Assembly (NCBI GenBank): GCA_964019335.1
Contig: OZ025708.1
Location: 1-64,000, forward strand
DNA from: Diplonema japonicum
Lineage: Eukaryota > Protista > Euglenozoa: Diplonemea
DNA: 64,000 bases
Direction: 5' to 3'
Shown here: piece after piece, positions 9,423 through 20,104 of the stretch
Numbering within the stretch: the first letter of the stretch is position 1
How the letters are laid out: each line of letters opens with the position of its first letter
Notes under the pieces: model-generated
Told to the model about the DNA's origin: nothing
Database searches by the model: none
What the model saw: the letters and a program-made list of their open reading frames with translations, nothing else
Position numbers and translations under genes: made by a program

Positions 9423-9713
9423 TTTTTTTTTTTTAAATAATAATAATATATGTTCCGACTGCCAGATCGGGTGCACCAGAGAAGGTTTAAAAAGAAGGGT
9501 GCAAAAAGAAAGAGGGGAAGGGAAAGAAAATGCCAAAAGAGAGCCTTGAAAATCCGAGCTTGAGAAAAGTTGAAAAAATAAGTCCAAATCGCAAAAGTAA
9601 TCAAAGGTATCAAGCAGCCTTTCGCTACATGAAGATGACAAGAGAGCACCTTCATATATTTCCAATTCTCCTCTTCTTTCTCTTCTTCCTTTCTTCTTTC
9701 TCTTATAATCACC
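9423..9713 (-). mobile_element. 3' UTR-only LINE fragment, unit H
   Basis: Ends GGCAGTCGGAACA-(TAT)n-poly(A). Homologous to the plus-strand unit at 61796-62072. Confidence 0.65.
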
Positions 9714-9962
9714 TTTTTTTTTTTATTGAACACCGGTGGCAGCACGCAGTCTGGTTCTTGCCCCCTAATAAATTCCTTTGACTGGTGCTCCACGGCCTAC
9801 TCCGCACATTCCCCGCCAGCAGCGCTTCCCCCTCTATTGAGGGAACGTCCTATGGATTTCGGGGTGACCAAGACCGTACCAGCACGTGGCCATCCCCATA
9901 CTGGATTTGTTGGGTCGTGGGGCAGGAAAAAAAATATAAAAAAAAAGATTTTTTTTTTAAAA
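9714..9962 (-). mobile_element. 3' UTR-only LINE fragment, unit I (related to family A UTR)
   Basis: Poly(A) at 9714-9724. 9820-9923 aligns with the family A UTR at 1190-1297. Confidence 0.6.
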
Positions 9963-9964
9963 TA

Positions 9965-11143
9965 CTGTAAAACGAATAATGTCGGACGGAAAAATTCTCG
10001 GACAGAAAAACTCCCGGACGGAAAAACTCCCGGACACCAAAAAAACCCGGACATTTTTCCGTCCGGGAGTTTTTCTGGGAAGAAGTTTTTTACTTAAGGG
10101 GGGTAGCAGCTCCCACCACGTTTGCCTGGAAGGGCTTTATTCCTTGTGCAGAGCCAAAATGTCACCCTGCGTGGCAGTTTGAATTTTTCTTCCCCTTTCA
10201 ATGCACCAACAAACAGCACCCACGGGATCTTTAACTTCTCATAAACCCGTACTTCTTTCGTCAGATTGACCAGTTCGACTACCCAAGGCACGTTGAGCAG
10301 CTGGCTTGTGAGGGGCCCAACTTTGGTGCTGACACCCCCGGCCAGCTCACCCCCGAGATAAACTCCTTACACCGGGCCAGTACAAACCCCCGAAAGCAGC
10401 TTGGCGGCCTCTGCCTCGGTCAGAAGACGGCAGCAACAGGTTCAACAGAGCCCCCGGTTTCTTCCAGACGGAAATACTGGACGTTGCTATTCCACCCTAC
10501 CACACCCTGGCCGCCGCGACGCCGTGATAGCTGCGTATCGCCCAATACGGGATTTAGCATCCTTCGGGGGCTGAAAGATTTTTGCTTGAGTCGATAGGTA
10601 AACGGGCTTGGTGAGCCTATCCCAGCACAACAAATATGCACCTATGCAGAAGGGCTGCTGTGCGCCAATCCAGCCCGAAAGACAGACCTGGTAGACTTTG
10701 GTGGGGCACTGTCCTTTTCCACTGGCTTCTGCTGCTTGTCGGTGACCACAACTCTCATACGACCTATGCCTATGGGTTCGTAGAGTGGTTCGCAGGCGCA
10801 AACGTGCACATTGCTTTTGTCCCCCTGGGCTCACCTACATGGTTCAACCGATGGATATTGGGTTGAACGCAGCTGCAAAGCATCTATTAAGAAAGGTAGT
10901 AGGCCACACGAAGGCTCGACAAGCTGATTGCCTCAGGGCAGCAAGGGAGGACAAAGATGCAGAAAGGGAACCCTGGGGGTTTCTTCGCGCGGTTGCCGTT
11001 TGCAGCCCAGGCCAGATACATAGTAGGTGGTAGTGGACCAGGCCCCCTGACGGCCTTACCTAAAAAAAATTCCCGGACGGAAAAATTCCCGGACGCCAAA
11101 AAAACTCGGACATTTTTCCGTCCGGGAGTTTTTCGTTTTACAG
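9965..11143 (+). mobile_element. Decayed pogo/Tc1-mariner-superfamily DNA transposon
   Basis: Imperfect TIRs CTGTAAAACGAA...CGGACGGAAAAA, TA on both flanks, subterminal CCGGACGGAAAAA repeats and an internal DDE_1 remnant. Confidence 0.82.
10720..10895 (+). pseudogene. pogo-type (DDE_1) transposase remnant
   Basis: LLLLVGDHNSH, then after a frameshift PPGLTYMVQPMDIGLNAAAK. These match the pogo LLLDGHxSH and PxxTxxLQPLD motifs. Confidence 0.75.
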
Positions 11144-11145
11144 TA

Positions 11146-11688
11146 AAGTTTATAATATAATTTATAAAGGGGCTTATATCACACGGTGTCGGTCACAACA
11201 GGCCCTGCTGTTCCAGGAATTGAACGGTTTTCCCGGCGTCAGTTGTCAGCAGGGCCTTGAGCGAAGGAAGGGAGGAACCGAAGATCTGACTTCTCTGGTC
11301 AGCTCTACCATCGTCCTGGCATTCTTTCAGGAGGTGGCTCAGCGTCTGAGGCATCGAACAAAGGTGGCATGTGACCACATCGGCCGGGGGATTGAGTAGA
11401 TAGATACCCGCTTATGAGGGGGCTCTTCCCCACTCTCAGCCTCATGATCGCAACTTCTTGTTCCCTGTTTAGCTCTTCAAACTTCTCGAAATTCCCTGCG
11501 AAAAGCTCTCGGTATGTCTCCTTGACACCCGTTTTTTTCCAGAAGAGGAGGTGGCTCGCCAGTACCTTTTTTCTCACCAGTGACTTCACGATGTCTATGC
11601 TGGTCTTCTGTTCGTGGGCAACTGCCCGGCAGGTCTCCTTCGCCTTCTTGTCCGCCATCTCGTTCCATTCGAATCCGCAGTGACTTGG
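11146..11688 (-). pseudogene. Family E' ORF2 C-terminal fragment
   Basis: Matches about 54750-55290. Frameshift from a TAGA duplication near 11400. Confidence 0.85.
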
Positions 11689-11694
11689 TGGACT

Positions 11695-12397
11695 TGGAGG
11701 ACGGAGGTGGGGCCGGTACGTGGGCTCCAGTGTTCGCGACTTCGCCCACCTCCGTGACCCCGGCAGCTCTCCAGCCCGCTTCCCAAGCCAGCACCCTTCG
11801 GGCGAACCTCCGGGTTTTTGAGGAGTGGGGTACCTCGTCCGTGCTCGCCCTCACGAGCGGCACACTGGCACGGAGGCATCCCCTTCAGCCAGCTTAGTTG
11901 GGCGGCGGAACCTTAGAAAATTCAAAACAAAGGAAAATGATACGGGGGGATGTGTGTGAAGGGGCGGGGAAAGGTGAAGACAGAAGTTGGGGTGCACGAC
12001 AGGGTAATAATGGAAACACAGGGGACTAGCACTTTTTGGTTCACTTTTTTCTGTTCCTTTTTTTTTTTTTTTTTTCCCCTACGTCCTGCGATTGCGGTCA
12101 GCGGCTCGGCGGTCGTGAGAGTCTCAGATGAGGTCCATCCTCTTCAGGTAGGAGGCGGTTTCACTCACCCTCATTGTGAGCATCTCCTTCGTAGTCGTGG
12201 GGATGTCATCCCCGAAGATCTCTTCGCGGACCTTGTCTCCAGCTGGGCACCCGATCAGCAGATGGTGTCTGTCCTGGATCGAATGGCACGAGAGGCAACG
12301 TATGACATTCTGGACGGGTTTCGACAGGAAGCCGCAAGTCAGGTGGCTCCTGCCCGTTCGCAGTCTCGTTATCTGTACCTCATCGTGTCTGCAGAAC
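11695..12397 (-). mobile_element. Family G fragment (partial 3' UTR and ORF2 C-terminus)
   Basis: ITRLRTGRS..CLSC..HLLIGC C-terminus. Second copy at 36517-37419. Confidence 0.8.
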
Positions 12398-12888
12398 TTT
12401 TTTTTTTTTTGGGGACTAATGTTTCCAACCTCCCTGTGGTGGTTCCTGGTAATTGTGGTTTGGAGAAACACAAGCGAAAGGGAAACTCTCGTTCTAAAGC
12501 CGTACACGTGGGGAAACCTGGACGGGGGTGGAGAGCCCACCCTACGCGTGGCACCAGTTAGCATCGCCCTCAACGGAGAGTCCCTTATCCCATTACATCG
12601 AACAAGGAGGTGGCTTCACCAGGTCAGGCAAGTAGCCTCCCTGCGGCATCGTGCCAGTGAAGTAAGCCTCCCACAACTCTCCAGTTGGTGTTTAATTGCT
12701 TCTGTGGCCCCTCTCCCTATTTCAATTTCCAAGCTTTCTTTACTTCTCCACTTTTACTTTCTACGGGACCACAGGGGACTTGGGAGGGCAATAATAACCA
12801 CTGGGGGGTTTTTTGGGACAGCCGACTTGGCTGATTACATGTGGGGCGAACCCCTCGAGATTTAATGCAGGAGCGTCCTCGTCGGGGT

Positions 12889-12895
12889 AAAAAAA
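12889..12895 (-). terminator. Pol III T7 terminator
   Basis: TTTTTTT begins 1 nt after the tRNA discriminator base. Confidence 0.6.
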
Positions 12896-12896
12896 G

Positions 12897-12968
12897 CACC
12901 CACCGTGGGGATCGAACCCACGACCATTGGATTAAAGGTCCAACGCTCTACCGCTGAGCTAGGTGGGC
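12897..12968 (-). tRNA. tRNA-Lys(TTT)-like gene with atypical C33
   Basis: 72-nt cloverleaf: acceptor GCCCACC/GGTGGGT, D-arm GCTC..GAGC, anticodon stem TTGGA/TCCAA with loop CCTTTAA, T-loop GTTCGATC. Confidence 0.85.
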
Positions 12969-12973
12969 TCACA

Positions 12974-15417
12974 TTTTTTTTTTTTTTTTTTTTCAAAATA
13001 CCAATGCAGGGCCGCCATGGAGAGCAACACCTGAGAAAAGGGAAAATAAAAAGGTGAAGGGAAACCATGGGGAAATAGGGAGGGCAAAGGACCAGGCTTC
13101 TGCAAGCAGGAGGAGCCCTGGTCCCCCACCAACCCGTGCTCTGCTTTGGGACAGCCGAAGAGGGCTGAATTACATTATTCCCTCAGTCAAGTGAGAGAAA
13201 AACGGGGGCCTACCTTCCAGCTGGATGTCCTTCTTTGGCTGGAACCTCCGGCGGAAAGCCCCCCAGGGAGGTATTGCTCCTATTGAGCGAATCATTGGTG
13301 AGTGTGAAAATAAAAAAAAGGGGAAATGGGAAACAGTGAGAGGAAGGAGAAGGAAGGGAAAGGAAGGGAAGGGAAGGGAAAGGAAGGGAAGGGAAAGGAA
13401 AGTGGGAAACACAACATTCCATTTAACACACACACACGGGGCGATCCCTTAGCGCAGCACGGGGGCCGCGGGACCGGCGTCAAGAGAGACCGGAGGAGGA
13501 GGCGGCACGTTTGAAGGTGCAGTGACGTCTGTAGACGCCAGGGATGATGGCGAGGTGAACAGTCCGGAGCGTGACCAGGCGAGCAGGCCAGACTCAACAA
13601 TGAGGTCGTAGATCTGGGTCACGCGTCTCGACAGGGAGAACGCTAGGGAGGGAGTACCAGCAGGAGTGTCGATCGCCCCCCTCCCGATCACAGGGCACCC
13701 ACCGACAACATGCTCCCTGGACATCGGTGCTGCGTGGCAGGCTGGGCACCGGAGCACACCCTTGTGCTTCCTGTTCGGGCCAGCAGTCTGCAGGAAGCCG
13801 AAGAAGAGAGCCGAGTGACCAATCCGCAGCCGCGAGATGACCGTTTCAGCTTGTCTGGGGAAGCCAAGGGGGAAGTGCGCAGACCGAAGCTCGGTCGCCA
13901 CCGCGTAGTTGTGGGCGAGGGATGTTATGAGCTCCGTGGACCTCCGCACCACCCACCGTCGCACCAGGGCCCTCACTGATCGGTAGTCAAGGGAGGGCCT
14001 GTCCTGCTTCCGCTTCGTTCCCTCCCCGGCCAGAGCGTCAGCCTTCTCGTTCCCGTCCACCCCACAGTGGGAGGGCACAAACTGGAGGACCACCGGTGTC
14101 CCCTGCGTGCGCGCCGCGGTCACCAGCCGGCTCCACGTCTGGTGGTCGAGCTTCTCCCTCTGTCGCGTTGGGCCAGCTCGCAGCTGCTCGACGAGGGAGA
14201 GGGAGTCGGTGCAGATCGACAGCGGGGACTTCGCCAGCGAAGGGTGTGTTTTTCGGAGGGTAGCCACCATATCCAGCGCCGTTTTCACAGCCATGCCCTC
14301 TGCCCGAAAAGATGAACAGAAGTCGTTGACGCCATGGCACACAGACACAGGGGTCAGGGGGGGAGGCAGCTGTAGATAAACCCCAGAGCCACCTTTCGCC
14401 TTCTGTCCGACCTGTACAACCGAGCCATCCGTGTAGGCATGGATGCCCGGGGGGAGAGCCGCAAGAGCAGCCTCGGCCGCCTTCCGCCTGTCCGCGTCTG
14501 GCGACGATCGCGTGACCCCGCCGGGGAGGTCAGTCCTGAAGTCGACCATGCCTGTCTGCCACGGGGCCGCCAGGGGCGTAGCCGACAGGTACTCGAAGTG
14601 CACCTTTGGTTCCAACCCGCATCGACGCAGTGCTTGGTAGCCAGAGCGCAGCCACCCACACCCCAGCCTGTTCGCCTGCTTCAGCTTGACCGTCTCCCTG
14701 TGAACCGGGGAAGATTGCCAGCAGAAGGCCTTCGCCGTCATCGTCGCCGCAGCACCCTCCGCCATTCTTTCGAGGGGAAGCAGTCCTGCCTCAGCTAGGA
14801 GCTTGTACCCTCCGGAGCCACTCCAGCAGCCCGTGATCAGCACCGCCGCCTCCTGGTGAAGCCCAGCCAGGTCCTTCCTCCCGACATCATCGAGCCTGCT
14901 GTAGTAGACCCCCATGCAGTAGCGCAGCAGCGGGAGGATGTACGTAACGTAGAGAGACCGCAGAGTGTCCCTCTTGCTGCCCCAGGACGTGCCGGACAAG
15001 AGCTTCAGCACCCTCAGCCTTTTGCTGGCCCGCCGTAGGATGTCCTGTGCGTGTTCACCGAACGTGAGCCCAGAGTCCACCGTAACCCCAAGGTACCTCG
15101 CGTGTTCAGATCGAGGCTGGGGACGGGCCGCAACGTAATCCACGTCGGGCCGTCGCACGGCTGCATGCATGTCCCGCACGCAGCGGATCCGCACACCACC
15201 CGCCTCCACAACCTGAAGGCCCGCCAGCTCCTGGTCCCCGGAGATCGTGCCATCGGCGTTCACCCCCAGGCCGAAGAGTGGGTTCTGGAAGGCACCTGGC
15301 TGAAGGGGGACTCGTGACGAAGTGAAGTAGACCCCGAGACGTTTCTGGGGGGGGACGCAGACTGCCTGCGTCTTGGACGTGCTCAGCAGCATGTCACGCT
15401 CCCTGCACCAGTCCTCA
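12974..15417 (-). mobile_element. 5'-truncated family B LINE
   Basis: Poly(A), B 3' UTR and ORF2 3' part (13449-15417). Confidence 0.92.
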
Positions 15418-15419
<2 letters not shown>

Positions 15420-15449
<30 letters not shown>

Positions 15450-17909
15450 CAAAATACCAATGCAGGGCCGCCATGGAGAGCAACACCTGAGAAAAGGGAA
15501 AAAAAAAGGTGAAGGGAAACCATGGGGAAATAGGGAGGGCAAAGGACCAGGCTTCTGCAAGCAGGAGGAGCCCTGGTCCCCCACCAACCCGTGCTCTGCT
15601 TTGGGACAGCCGAAGAGGGCTGAATTACATTATTCCCTCAGTCAAGTGAGAGAAAAACGGGGGCCTACCTTCCAGCTGGATGTCCTTCTTTGGCTGGAAC
15701 CTCCGGCGGAAAGCCCCCCAGGGAGGTATTGCTCCTATTGAGCGAATCATTGGTGAGTGTGAAATAAAAGGGGAAATGGGAAACAGTGAGAGGAAGGAGA
15801 AGGAAGGGAAAGGAAAGTGGGAAACACAACATTCCATTTAACACACACACACGGGGCGATCCCTTAGCGCAGCACGGGGGCCGCGGGACCGGCGTCAAGA
15901 GAGACCGGAGGAGGAGGCGGCACGTTTGAAGGTGCAGTGACGTCTGTAGACGCCAGGGATGATGGCGAGGTGAACAGTCCGGAGCGTGACCAGGCGAGCA
16001 GGCCAGACTCAACAATGAGGTCGTAGATCTGGGTCACGCGTCTCGACAGGGAGAAGGCTAGGGAGGGAGTACCAGCAGGAGTGTCGATCGCCCCCCTCCC
16101 GATCACAGGGCACCCACCGACAACATGCTCCCTGGACATCGGTGCTGCGTGGCAGGCTGGGCACCGGAGCACACCCTTGTGCTTCCTGTTCGGGCCAGCA
16201 GTCTGCAGGAAGCCGAAGAAGAGAGCCGAGTGACCAATCCGCAGCCGCGAGATGACCGTTTCAGCTTGTCTGGGGAAGCCAAGGGGGAAGTGCGCAGACC
16301 GAAGCTCGGTCGCCACCGCGTAGTTGTGGGCGAGGGATGTTATGAGCTCCGCGGACCTCCGCACCACCCACCGTCGCACCAGGGCCCTCACTGATCGGTA
16401 GTCAAGGGAGGGCCTGTCCTGCTTCCGCTTCGTTCCCTCCACGGCCAGAGCGTCAGCCTTCTCGTTCCCGTCCACCCCACAGTGGGAGGGCACAAACTGG
16501 AGGACCACCGGTGTCCCCTGCGTGCGCGCCGCGGACACCAGCCGGCTCCACGTCTGGTGGTCGAGCTTCTCCCTCTGTCGCGTTGGGCCAGCTCGCAGCT
16601 GCTCGACGAGGGAGAGGGAGTCGGTGCAGATCGACAGCGGGGACTTCGCCAGCGAAGGGTGTGTTTTTCGGAGGGTAGCCACCATATCCAGCGCCGTTTT
16701 CACAGCCATGCCCTCTGCCCGAAAAGATGAACAGAAGTCGTTGACGCCATGGCACACAGACACAGGGGTCAGGGGGGGAGGCAGCTGCAGATAAACCCCA
16801 GAGCCACCTTTCGCCTTCTGTCCGACCTGTACAACCGAGCCATCCGTGTAGGCATGGATGCCCGGGGGGAGAGCCGCAAGAGCAGCCTCGGCCGCCTTCC
16901 GCCTGTCCGCGTCTGGCGACGATCGCGTGACCCCGCCGGGGAGGTCAGTCCTGAAGTCGACCATGCCTGTCTGCCACGGGGCCGCCAGGGGCGTAGCCGA
17001 CAGGTACTCGAAGTGCACCTTTGGTTCCAACCCGCATCGACGCAGTGCTTGGTAGCCAGAGCGCAGCCACCCACACCCCAGCCTGTTCGCCTGCTTCAGC
17101 TTGACCGTCTCCCTGTGAACCGGGGAAGACTGCCAGCAGAAGGCCTTCGCCGTCATCGTCGCCGCAGCACCCTCAGCCATTCTTTCGAGGGGAAGCAGTC
17201 CTGCCTCAGCTAGGAGCTTGTACCCTCCGGAGCCACTCCAGCAGCCCGTGATCAGCACCGCCGCCTCCTGGTGAAGCCCAGCCAGGTCCTTCCTCCCGAC
17301 ATCATCGAGCCTGCTGTAGTAGACCCCCATGCAGTAGCGCAGCAGCGGGAGGATGTACGTAACGTAGAGAGACCGCAGAGTGTCCCTCTTGCTGCCCCAG
17401 GACGTGCCGGACAAGAGCTTCAGCACCCTCAGCCTTTTGCTGGCCCGCCGTAGGATGTCCTGTGCGTGTTCACCGAACGTGAGCCCAGAGTCCACCGTTA
17501 CCCCAAGGTACCTCGCGTGTTCAGACAGAGGCAGGGGACGGGCCGCAACGTAGTCCACGTCGGGCCGTCGCACGGCTGCATGCATGTCCCGCACGCAGCG
17601 GATCCGCACACCACCCGCCTCCACAACCTGAAGGCCCGCCAGCTCCTGGTCCCCGGAGATCGTGCCATCGGCGTTCACCCCCAGGCCGAAGAGCGGGTTC
17701 TGGAAGGCACCTGGCTGAAGGGGGACTCGTGACGAAGTGAAGTAGACCCCGAGACGTTTCTGGGGGGGGACGCAGACTGCCTGCGTCTTGGACGTGCTCA
17801 GCAGCATGTCACGCTCCCTGCACCAGTCCTCAACCGCATCCACCACTGCCTGCGCCTTCCGCTCCAGCCCAGCCACGTCCCCTTGTCCAGAGGAGATCAC
17901 AACCGCCAC
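15420..17909 (-). mobile_element. 5'-truncated family B LINE
   Basis: Poly(A), B 3' UTR and ORF2 3' part (15864-17909), truncated just after YADD. Confidence 0.92.
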
Positions 17910-17910
17910 A

Positions 17911-18320
17911 TTTTTTTTTTTTTTTTTTCAAAATACCAATGCAGGGCCGCCATGGAGAGCAACACCTGAGAAAAGGGAAAAAAAGGTGAAGGGAAACCAT
18001 GGGGAAATAGGGAGGGCAATGGACCAGGCTTCTGCAAGCAGGAGGAGCCCTGGTCCCCCACCAACCCGTGCTCTGCTTTGGGACAGCCGAAGAGGGCTGA
18101 ATTACATTTTTCCCTCAGTCAAGTGAGAGAAAAACGGGGGCCTACCTTCCAGCTGGATGTCCTTCTTTGGCTGGAACCTCCGGCGGAAAGCCCCCCAGGG
18201 AGGTATTGCTCCTATTGAGCGAATCATTGGTGAGTGTGAAAATAAAAAAAAGGGGAAATGGGAAACAGTGAGAGGAAGGTGAAGGAAGGGAAAGGAAGGG
18301 AAAGGAAAGTGGAAAACACA
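17911..18320 (-). mobile_element. Family B 3' UTR-only copy
   Basis: Poly(A) plus B UTR. Confidence 0.88.
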
Positions 18321-19663
18321 ATAATAATAATAAATGTACCACTGTCGTGCGAAGCTAAAGGCTGGGGGGGAGGGATAGGTGCAGGAGGCCTGAAGGGCCT
18401 CCTGCAAGTGAAAGGGGGAACGAGAGGGGTTGACAAATTTTTTGTAAAAGTTTAAAGAAAACCCTCCCACAACTATCCATACGTACCGAGGCGGGAGGTG
18501 GGCAGGCCCGGGGGCTCCCAGCGTTCGCAACTGTGCCCACCTTCAACGTCCCTCGGCATCTCACCAGCCCGCATCGCACAACAGCACCCTTTGGCCGAAC
18601 CTCCGGGATTTCAAGGGGTGGGGTACCTCGTCAGTGCTCGTAGGCACACCGGCACGGAGGCATCCCCTTCAGCCGGTTTTGTTGGGCTGTGGAGCCTTTG
18701 GAAAATAAAATTGTAAGGAAAACATAACCAGAGAGGAAGAAAGAAGTTGGGGTGCACGACAGGGCAAAAAAAAGGGAAGACATGGGGGATGAGAGTACTA
18801 TTACTAAAAAAGTTTAAATCTACTTCTACTTCTTGCCGGCCCGGCACAGCACGCCTCGCACCCAGCAGCACACGCCACGCAGACAGACCAGCGCACCTCC
18901 ACCGCCACCAGTTCTCTTCCAGTGTCCCCGTGCACCCCACCGTCGATCCGTTTATCTGTACCCAGTTCGGCTACCGATCTGTCTGGCCTTCCAGTTGCGA
19001 CAGGGCGGTCATTGCCTGAAGGGCGCCGGGATCAACACTGTGGCCTCCACTCCGCGCGAGACCGGTCTCAGCCTCACGTCTCTCGGATGGGGTACGCTGG
19101 AACACTGGGCGACGCCGCCGCCCGCATCACACCACAACACAGCGGAACCAGCACAAACAAACCGTACGCCACTCACCAGCGACACCAGCCACAACTCACC
19201 GCTCCTGTTCATCCCACCGTTGTCCGAGTACCTGTACCCAGTTAGCCTGTGTCCTGACTGGCCTTTCAGTTGGGGTAGGACTGACAACGCTACAAGGGCG
19301 CCGGGAACAACCTGTGGCCTCCACTGTGCGCGAGATCGGTCTCAGCCTCTCGACGCTGGTGGAATGAACAGGAACGGTGGGTGTCGCCGCCGCACACAAC
19401 CACGCACACGCCGCGCGATGGGAGAGAATGCCTTTTGCTCAGACCGAGTCTGAGTGGTCTTACACCCCCGCTACCGGTGCCCCGATAGCGGCTTGTGCCA
19501 AACAGACCGTCTTCGTTCCGGCACACTCCCCGACACGCCTTCGCGCTTTCGCACCACAGCCCTCCCTGGCCTGCGGTCCCAGGGGCCACCACGAGGAGGA
19601 CAGCGCAGGATACTTCACACCATGTTGTTGTTCTTTTTTTTATGTGTACCCCAACCCCCTTGA
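18321..19663 (-). mobile_element. Non-autonomous unit F: G-like 3' UTR plus a non-coding body with a twin structured repeat
   Basis: (TTA)n tail, UTR homologous to family G, no RT coding. Duplicated at 50271-51625. Confidence 0.7.
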
Positions 19664-20104
19664 TTTTTTTTTTTTTTTTTTTTTTTTTCAAAATACCAAT
19701 GCAGGGCCGCCATGGAGAGCAACACCTGAGAAAAGGGAAAAAAAGGTGAAGGGAAACCATGGGGAAATAGGGAGGGCAATGGACCAGGCTTCTGCAAGCA
19801 GGAGGAGCCCTGGTCCCCCACCAACCCGTGCTCTGCTTTGGGACAGCCGAAGAGGGCTGAATTACATTATTCCCTCAGTCAAGTGAGAGAAAAACGGGGG
19901 CCTACCTTCCAGCTGGATGTCCTTCTTTGGCTGGAACCTCCGGCGGAAAGCCCCCCAGGGAGGTATTGCTCCTATTGAGCGAATCATTGGTGAGTGTGAA
20001 AATAAAATAAAAAGGGGAAATGGGAAACAGTGAGAGGAAGGTGAAGGAAGGGAAAGGAAAGTGGAAAACACAACATTTCACTTTACACACACGCGGGCGA
20101 TCCC

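Noticed and set aside
13449-15587. Track ORFs with polyK/polyF or fused N-termini (also 27236-27370, 29261-29414, 39139-39369, 57294-57370)
   Set aside because: They are chance read-through across tails and junctions. The many antisense ORFs are GC-rich shadows of the real ORFs.
18605-18640. Hammerhead ribozyme (CTGACGA...GAAA on the minus strand)
   Set aside because: Stem II does not form properly, and the homologous G UTR has CGGACGA...CAAAAA, so the core is not conserved.
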